Positions 58,167-64,000 of a stretch of 64,000 nucleotides of DNA are shown here, piece by piece. Source of the stretch: Gammaproteobacteria bacterium (GTDB lineage: Bacteria; Pseudomonadota; Gammaproteobacteria; JABABF01). The notes under the pieces are model-generated. The model saw nothing but the letters and a program-made list of their open reading frames with translations, was not told the origin of the DNA and ran no database searches. Location of the stretch: contig OZ244031.1 of assembly GCA_965215045.1 (NCBI GenBank), positions 1,476,807 to 1,540,806 on the forward strand, in the 5' to 3' direction. How positions within the stretch are numbered: the stretch's first letter is position 1; each line of letters starts with the position of its first letter. The translations under genes and the position numbers were made by a program.

Positions 58167-59162
58167 TCAGTCGGAGTCGGCGAAAATGTCTGCGGCAAAG
58201 GCCTGCCAGGTCGGATTCTGCTGCGCCGGTTCCGGCGACAGGCAGGTGATGATGTGCGTGTGAATGCCGCCCCTGGCACAGGCGCGGATCGTCTCCACGC
58301 AATAGTCCCGGTCGCCGACAATGGCAATATCCTGCAACAGTGCATCAGGCAGTGCCGCCGCCGTGCGCTCCCGGTCCTTGGCCGCCCAACCCGCGGCGAT
58401 CTCCGCCGCCGCCTCCGGATAGCCGCACCACGCCAAGTAGCGATTGTAGACCTGGACGGCAAAATAGGAGGACAGGAAGTGTCGCACGCCCTCCAGGTAA
58501 TCCTGCGGCCGGTCGCTGACGGCGACCTGGTAGCGGCACAGCACCTCCACCTCTTCGGGAGACTTGCCGCCGCGCCGGGCACCGATGGCGATGTGTTCCA
58601 TGATCTTCGGCAGGGCCTGGCGCGGAAACAGGTTGAGGACCACCCCGTCACCGATTTCCGCGGCGAGTTCCAGCATCTCCGGCCTCAGGGCGGCGATGTA
58701 CAGGGGCACCTGGAGCACGGGCTGGCGGTAGCCGTGGCTGCGCACCGTCTCACCCTCGAAGTTGCTTTTCTCGCCGGTGAACATGCTGCGCAGCAGGTGG
58801 ACCGTCTCCCGCATACGCACCAGGGGTTGCTCCCGCGGCAGCCCGTGCCACCGGTCGACAATATTGTCGCTGGAAGTCCCCAGCCCCAGCACGAAACGAC
58901 CCGGGGCGAGCGCATCCAGGGTGGCGGCCGAGGCGGCCAGCACCGCCGGGGTGCGCGTGTAAATGGGAACCACGGCAATGCCGATACGCACCCGTTGTGT
59001 GCGCACGGCGACCGCCGCCGCCAGGGTCAGGGCATCCGGGGCCCCGGTGTCGGCAAACCAGAGGTCATCGTAGCCATCCTGTTCGGCGCGAGACGCCGTC
59101 TCCAGCAGTTCTTGTGCCGTTCCGGTGTAGGGGGCGAGAGTGAGTGCCCGGCGTTGCCGCAT
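58167..59162 (-). CDS. LLM-class (luciferase-like) flavin/F420-dependent oxidoreductase
   Basis: AEQDGYDDLWFADT..., LDALAPGRFVLGLGTSS. Confidence 0.75.
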   Translation of the reverse strand: MRQRRALTLAPYTGTAQELLETASRAEQDGYDDLWFADTGAPDALTLAAAVAVRTQRVRIGIAVVPIYTRTPAVLAASAATLDALAPGRFVLGLGTSSDNIVDRWHGLPREQPLVRMRETVHLLRSMFTGEKSNFEGETVRSHGYRQPVLQVPLYIAALRPEMLELAAEIGDGVVLNLFPRQALPKIMEHIAIGARRGGKSPEEVEVLCRYQVAVSDRPQDYLEGVRHFLSSYFAVQVYNRYLAWCGYPEAAAEIAAGWAAKDRERTAAALPDALLQDIAIVGDRDYCVETIRACARGGIHTHIITCLSPEPAQQNPTWQAFAADIFADSD

Positions 59163-59202
59163 CAGGAGTTCAGGGCATCATCCGCCGTGCGGCGGCCGCA
59201 CC

Positions 59203-59241
59203 GCAAGGCTATGGCGCAAGGCTATGGCGCAAGGCTATAGC
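59203..59241. repeat. 13-bp tandem repeat x3 (GCAAGGCTATGGC) upstream of the LLM gene
   Basis: Direct reading: gcaaggctatggc gcaaggctatggc gcaaggctatagc. Confidence 0.8.
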
Positions 59242-59272
59242 GATGTAGGCCCCAGCACCGGGCGGACACCGC

Positions 59273-60817
59273 TCAGGACAACCAGCGGCCAACCGGGGTT
59301 TTCTTCCAGAGAAACTCGGCGAACTTCTTCATGCCCTCCGCCCGTTGTTCGGAGTACGGAAAACCGGTCTGCAACTTGCCCTTGGGATTCCGGTCGTACA
59401 CCAGGGGCTTCAACTGGCAGTAGCCGCGGATGCCAACCTCGCCGTTGACCAGGCCGACGCCGCTGTTGCGCACACCGCCGAAAGGCGCTGCCGGGATGCC
59501 GTACGTCACCGTCATATCGTTGAGACACACGCTGCCGGTGTGCATCTGCAGGGCCAGGTCGCGGGCGCGCTTCTTGTCGTTGGTCCAGACCGTGCCGCTG
59601 AGACCGTAGTCGGAATCGTTGGCCAGCCGGATGGCTTCCATCTCGTTTTTCACCTTCATCACGGCGACGACGGGGCCGAAGGTCTCATCGCGCATGATCC
59701 GCATATCGTGATTGACATCGGTGATCACCGTCGGCAGGTAGTACAGTCCCTTTTGCTCCGGGTTGCGCTGGCCGCCGACCAACACCCGGGCGCCCTTCGA
59801 CTCCGCATCCTGCACGTGGTCTTCGATGATCTCCATCTGCTTGTCCCAGAAGATCGCACCGACATCCTCTTCAAAGCCCAGTTCCGCACCCTGGCGCAAT
59901 TGTTTGACCGCCTCCGTTACCTTTTCCAGAAATTCGTCGTAGATCTCCTCCATCACGTAGATCCGCTCGACGCCACAGCAGTAATGCCCGGAATTCATGC
60001 AGGAGCCGACCACCGCCCCCTGCACGGCGCGCTCCAGGTTGGAGTCGGCGCAGACGATCATCGCATCCTTGCCGCCCAGTTCCAGGGTGCACGGGACCAG
60101 GCGTTCGGCGGCGGCCGCCCCGACCTTTCTGCCGGTGGCCACCGAACCGGTAAAGGAGACCTTGTCCACGCCCGCCTGGATCAGCTCGGCACCGGTCTGC
60201 CCGTCTCCTTGCAGCACTTGGTACACACCTTCAGGTAAACCCGCCTCCAAGAACAGCGTCTCCGTCAGCTTGGTGGAGAAAGGCGTCACCTCGGAGCCCT
60301 TGACCACCACCGTGTTGCCGGCCATCAGCGCCTGGCAACCCTGGTTGATCGCCAGCACGAAGGGACCGTTCCACGGGGTGATAATGCCGACCACGCCCAG
60401 CGGCTGGTACACCCATTCGACGCGTTTCATGAAACGCAGCATGCCGTGCACCGGGACCTTCTTGGGCCGCAGAAATTTCTCCGCGTTCTTGGCGTAATAA
60501 CACAGGCTGTCACAGGGCGAGAAGACTTCCATGGAAAACGCATCGGTGCGCGCCTTGCCGGTCTCGCTGACCACCATGTCGATAATCTCCTCCTGTTTTT
60601 CCAGGATGAGCAGGCGCAGCTTGTCCATGTACTTTGCACGCTCGGCAAAACTGAGCTTCGCCCAGGCGGGTTGCACCTCGCGCGCCTTGCGCACCGCGGC
60701 CTCCACCTCTTCACGACTCGCGCAGATCAGCTCGCCACTGACCTCCATCGTCACCGGACTGCGCAATTCGAGTCGACGGTGCCCTTCACTGGTTTCCAAC
60801 GGTTGATAGATTGACAT
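59273..60817 (-). CDS. NAD(P)-dependent aldehyde dehydrogenase family protein
   Basis: The ATG at 60817 (MSIYQPLE...), with VVKGSEVTP, FTGSVATGRKV, ELGGKDA and the catalytic-Cys region GHYCCGVERIYV. Confidence 0.85.
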   Translation of the reverse strand: MSIYQPLETSEGHRRLELRSPVTMEVSGELICASREEVEAAVRKAREVQPAWAKLSFAERAKYMDKLRLLILEKQEEIIDMVVSETGKARTDAFSMEVFSPCDSLCYYAKNAEKFLRPKKVPVHGMLRFMKRVEWVYQPLGVVGIITPWNGPFVLAINQGCQALMAGNTVVVKGSEVTPFSTKLTETLFLEAGLPEGVYQVLQGDGQTGAELIQAGVDKVSFTGSVATGRKVGAAAAERLVPCTLELGGKDAMIVCADSNLERAVQGAVVGSCMNSGHYCCGVERIYVMEEIYDEFLEKVTEAVKQLRQGAELGFEEDVGAIFWDKQMEIIEDHVQDAESKGARVLVGGQRNPEQKGLYYLPTVITDVNHDMRIMRDETFGPVVAVMKVKNEMEAIRLANDSDYGLSGTVWTNDKKRARDLALQMHTGSVCLNDMTVTYGIPAAPFGGVRNSGVGLVNGEVGIRGYCQLKPLVYDRNPKGKLQTGFPYSEQRAEGMKKFAEFLWKKTPVGRWLS

Positions 60818-61065
60818 AACGTCCCCCTGTGGGTGATTTGAGCGGGCAATGTAATACGGGGTGGCAGCAATGTCAAACCGGGGCACGGCAGTGCTCAACC
60901 CGGTGCCGGGCTCCCGGGTTTGCCGCGGGACTGCCCGTGTTTTCCGGGGTTGAGTTGCCGGGTTTTCCCATCCCGGGTGGGGGCGTGCAGCAATCCCGTC
61001 GGGGATGCTTGCGGGCTGGAGATGCAAGCCCCCCGGGAGATAAGTGGGCGGGCGGACGGAAGTTG

Positions 61066-62574
61066 TCAGGCGGCGGGAGAAGCCAGTGCACCGCGCAGTG
61101 AATTGGCGTACGCCGCCTGGATGCGCAGCTCCAGGAATTGCCCCGGCAGTGCCTCTGCCTCCATGCCGGCGGGGGCCGGAAAGTTGACCACGCGATTGTT
61201 CTCGGTGCGTCCCTGCCATTCCCCCGCACCGCGCTTGGCCGGGCCGCTGACCAGGACCCGCTGCCGGGTGCCGACCATCGCTTGGCCGATCGCATCCGCC
61301 TGCTGCCGCAGCAGTGTCTGCAGACGCGCCAGCCGTTGTTTTTTCTCCGCCGCGGGAGTGGGGTCCGGCAGCGAGGCGGCGGGAGTGCCCGGGCGCGGGC
61401 TGTAGACAAAACTGAACGAGGCGTCGAAACCGACTTCCCGCACCAGTGCCAGGGTGTCTTCAAAGTCCTGCTCGTCCTCCCCCGGAAAACCGACAATGAA
61501 ATCCGAAGAGATGCTGATGTCCGGGCGCAGACGCTGGAGGCGGCTGATTTTCTGCTTGTATTCCGCCGCGGTGTGCCCGCGTTTCATCGCCGCCAGCACG
61601 CGGTCAGAGCCGCTTTGCACCGGCAGGTGCAGGTGTGCCGCCAACTTGGGTTCCTCCAGGTGCGCCTCGATCAGGCTGTCGCCGAACTCCACCGGGTGCG
61701 AAGTGGTGTAGCGAATGCGGCCGAGTTCTTCAATGCGTCCCAGGTGCAGGATCAACTCGGCCAGGTCGATGCGTTCGCCGTGCGCATTGCGTCCCCGCCA
61801 GGCATTGACATTCTGACCCAGCAGCGTGACCTCGCGCACACCCTGGGCGGTCAGCTGCAACACCTCCCGCAGGATATCCTCCAGCGGGCGGCTGACCTCC
61901 TCGCCGCGGGTATACGGCACCACGCAGAAACTGCAGTAGCGGCTGCAGCCCTCCATGATCGAAACCCAGGCACTGGGCCCCGCGGCCCGCGGTGCCGGCA
62001 GGCGGTCGAATTTTTCGATTTCGGGAAAGCGGATGTCCACCACCGGTGCCTTGTGTTCCCGCAGTCGCGCCTGTTCCAGCATCTGCGGCAGGCGGTGCAG
62101 CGTCTGGGGACCGAAGACCAGGTCCACGCAGGGGGCGCGCCGGCCCAGCAGTTCCCCCTCCTGGCTGGCGACACAGCCGCCGACACCGATCAGCATTCCC
62201 GGGTGCTTGTCCTTGAGTTGCTTCCAGCGTCCCAACTGGTGGAATACCTTTTCCTGGGCTTTCTCCCGGATCGAACAGGTATTCAAAAGCAGCAGCTCGG
62301 CATCTTCCGCCCGGGTGCTCTCGTGCATGCCGCAGTCCTGCTCCAGCAGGTCGCGCAGGCGCGCGGAGTCATACTCGTTCATCTGGCAGCCGTGTGTCTC
62401 TATGTAAAAGCCGCCTGTAGTCGGCGCAGTCGGCTCGCCCTGCTGCGGCGCGTCCTGCTGCGGCGCGTCTGCACCCGGCCCCACCCAGCGCAGCACAGAA
62501 TGCGCCCCGTTTCCTGTCGACCCGGTCATCCGGGCGGTCGCCTGCTGTTTATGCTGTTCATGCTGTTCATGCAT
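61066..62574 (-). CDS. miaB: tRNA-2-methylthio-N6-dimethylallyladenosine synthase (N-terminal start uncertain)
   Basis: [15 protein letters not shown], radical-SAM [15 protein letters not shown], and a TRAM C-terminus. Confidence 0.9.
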   Translation of the reverse strand: MHEQHEQHKQQATARMTGSTGNGAHSVLRWVGPGADAPQQDAPQQGEPTAPTTGGFYIETHGCQMNEYDSARLRDLLEQDCGMHESTRAEDAELLLLNTCSIREKAQEKVFHQLGRWKQLKDKHPGMLIGVGGCVASQEGELLGRRAPCVDLVFGPQTLHRLPQMLEQARLREHKAPVVDIRFPEIEKFDRLPAPRAAGPSAWVSIMEGCSRYCSFCVVPYTRGEEVSRPLEDILREVLQLTAQGVREVTLLGQNVNAWRGRNAHGERIDLAELILHLGRIEELGRIRYTTSHPVEFGDSLIEAHLEEPKLAAHLHLPVQSGSDRVLAAMKRGHTAAEYKQKISRLQRLRPDISISSDFIVGFPGEDEQDFEDTLALVREVGFDASFSFVYSPRPGTPAASLPDPTPAAEKKQRLARLQTLLRQQADAIGQAMVGTRQRVLVSGPAKRGAGEWQGRTENNRVVNFPAPAGMEAEALPGQFLELRIQAAYANSLRGALASPAA

Positions 62575-62794
62575 AGCTGAAGTTCGGGTTCTGCGGGCCG
62601 CACATCGCGACTGTAGATGGGGAGGGGGTGCTTATTGTAAACCGGCAATGCCCTGGATGCCCCGGATGTCCCGGCAGTCACCGAACTCGGCTATACTGGA
62701 CCTTGAGCCGGCTATTCTGCACAACAGGGAGCATCCAGGACCGTAGTGCCGCAGAGGGGAAAACGGGGGGAGGCGAGCCATCGGGGACAGAGTA

Positions 62795-63739
62795 ATGAAC
62801 AAGACGACAGAACCAGTAGTGACATTGTGTTTTCACGGTAGACACTTTGCCGACCATGCACTCGACGTGGAAGCGTTGCGGGAAATTTGCAGATTTCAAG
62901 AGATGGTGAAGAAAACCGCCGAGCTTCTCTGGGAAAAGAACAATCCCGGCCATGCGAACCTCCCCTCCAATTTTCACAACTGCACGCGCTTGTGTTTGCA
63001 TCCAGGTCGAATTGAAGAAGACAGTGCTTTAGTGCCTCTTTTTCGCACCGAGATAACACCCCGGGAAGAGGAAGCAGCTAACCAGCCCAGCGTTTTACAG
63101 GATGTCCGGGGCGAATATACGACATTGGATGAATCGGTTTCTTATATATACCAGGTGATCAGGCGTGTTAACAATAAGCAAACATTAGCCGATGCATATC
63201 CGCCAGAAATACTAAAGGATTATTCCCGTTTCGGTGAGAGTCTCTCTGAAGAGGGAGAATTATCATTTGCTCCCAGGGGTGAGACTATGGAGCGAGTGAA
63301 CAGTGAAACCAGGGCACGGTTGGCTGAGTATGTCGCAGTTCCCCGCCAGGGAGCGGTAGATATTACAGGCGAGATATTGGGGGAAGATGTTCAGAATGGG
63401 CTTTTTCATATTTGGTATGATGAAAAAGCCAAGATTGCAGTTGAATTCACGGAGGAACAGCAATCAGATATAAGCACGGCCCTCAAAGAACATCGTTCAC
63501 TGCACCTTAGAGTACTGGGCCAGGGAGAGTTCAATTCACAAGGGAATTTAGAAAAGATTATGCAGGTGGACATGCTTGATATTATTCCTGGCCAGAAACT
63601 GAAACCAAATCGTAATTCTCCTCATATTACAGATGTGATCCTTAATATTTTTAAAGATGTCCCGGATGAAGTATGGAAACAAATCCCATCGGACCTTTCA
63701 CACAACCACGATTATTATTTGCGTAATGATGAGCAATAA
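62795..63739 (+). CDS. hypothetical protein (314 aa) overlapping the downstream PIN gene
   Basis: A clean ATG ORF in an AT-richer segment. I recognise no family. Its last 11 nt overlap the PIN start. Confidence 0.55.
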   Translation: MNKTTEPVVTLCFHGRHFADHALDVEALREICRFQEMVKKTAELLWEKNNPGHANLPSNFHNCTRLCLHPGRIEEDSALVPLFRTEITPREEEAANQPSVLQDVRGEYTTLDESVSYIYQVIRRVNNKQTLADAYPPEILKDYSRFGESLSEEGELSFAPRGETMERVNSETRARLAEYVAVPRQGAVDITGEILGEDVQNGLFHIWYDEKAKIAVEFTEEQQSDISTALKEHRSLHLRVLGQGEFNSQGNLEKIMQVDMLDIIPGQKLKPNRNSPHITDVILNIFKDVPDEVWKQIPSDLSHNHDYYLRNDEQ

Positions 63740-64000
63740 TCCGAGGATAGTATTTGCTGATACTGCGTACTGGATTGCACTGATACATCAGGGCGACGAT
63801 TGGCATAAAAAGGCATTGAAACTCAAGGATGAACTGCAGCAGAAGAAGACTAACCTTGTCACAACAGACGGAGTACTTTCAGAGGTTCTTTCTCGTTTTT
63901 CCAGGGGGACATTACGCCCCAAAGCTGCCGAGGCTGTACGTGAGATAATGAATGATCAGGGTGTTGAAATAATTCCTCAGACCCGTTACTGGTTCCTCAA
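63729..64000 (+). CDS. PIN-domain (VapC-like) ribonuclease, 3' end outside window
   Basis: My translation from the ATG at 63729 is MSNNPRIVFADTAYWIALIHQGDDWHKKALKLKDELQQKKTNLVTTDGVLSEVLSRF.... The first acidic residue sits in the FADT context and TTDxVLxEV follows, both typical of PIN. Confidence 0.65.
   Translation, partial: MSNNPRIVFADTAYWIALIHQGDDWHKKALKLKDELQQKKTNLVTTDGVLSEVLSRFSRGTLRPKAAEAVREIMNDQGVEIIPQTRYWFL

Noticed and set aside
62440-62574. The MiaB N-terminal extension with short repeats ([11 protein letters not shown]...[10 protein letters not shown]) as a novel domain
   Set aside because: This is most likely start-codon ambiguity. An internal ATG (MTGSTG...) or a later start is possible, and the conserved MiaB core begins at [12 protein letters not shown] judged it low-complexity sequence with no evidence of function.

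Overview
High-GC proteobacterial chromosome segment. Two conserved housekeeping blocks keep E. coli-like gene order: orn / queG / nnr-tsaE-amiB-mutL-miaA-hfq-hflX-hflK-hflC-hisZ-purA (3.7-18.9 kb) and pepP-ubiH-ubiI (52.4-56.2 kb). Accessory DNA sits between and around them.

(1) 0-3.6 kb: a 5'-truncated GIY-YIG/DUF4357-type gene with three tandem DUF4357-like modules, a transposase remnant, and two AT-richer orphan genes.

(2) 19.0-21.0 kb: a two-gene Septu-like (PtuA ATPase + PtuB HNH) defence module.

(3) 21.2-35.4 kb: a 14-gene minus-strand catabolic operon (CoA-transferase, MaoC pair, fused IOR-type oxidoreductase, enoyl-CoA hydratases, SDR, acyl-CoA dehydrogenases, TetR, VOC/extradiol dioxygenase, PPOX-like, P450) that ends next to tRNA-Leu(CAG).

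(4) 35.7-52.4 kb: an island with a 14-bp minisatellite, an alpha/beta hydrolase, a tandemly duplicated GT4 glycosyltransferase plus a decayed third copy embedded in a 15-bp minisatellite, a small wHTH-like ORF, three tandem Type III mod paralogs and one res.

(5) 56.5-62.6 kb: a DUF429-like gene, SDR, LLM oxidoreductase, aldehyde dehydrogenase and miaB.

(6) 62.8-64 kb: an AT-richer module of a 314-aa unknown protein overlapping a PIN-domain gene.

The most unusual signal is in the island. Four homopolymeric G tracts of 17-24 nt lie within about 11.5 kb. One is in frame in a glycosyltransferase. The other three each break a mod paralog downstream of its complete methyltransferase core. This suggests a multi-allele, slipped-strand-switchable Type III R-M locus of a kind I have not seen described.

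Also notable are two translationally coupled hfq paralogs with insertions inside the Sm fold, preceded by a long purine-rich leader. Many long ORFs antisense to real genes are GC-driven shadow ORFs and were rejected.
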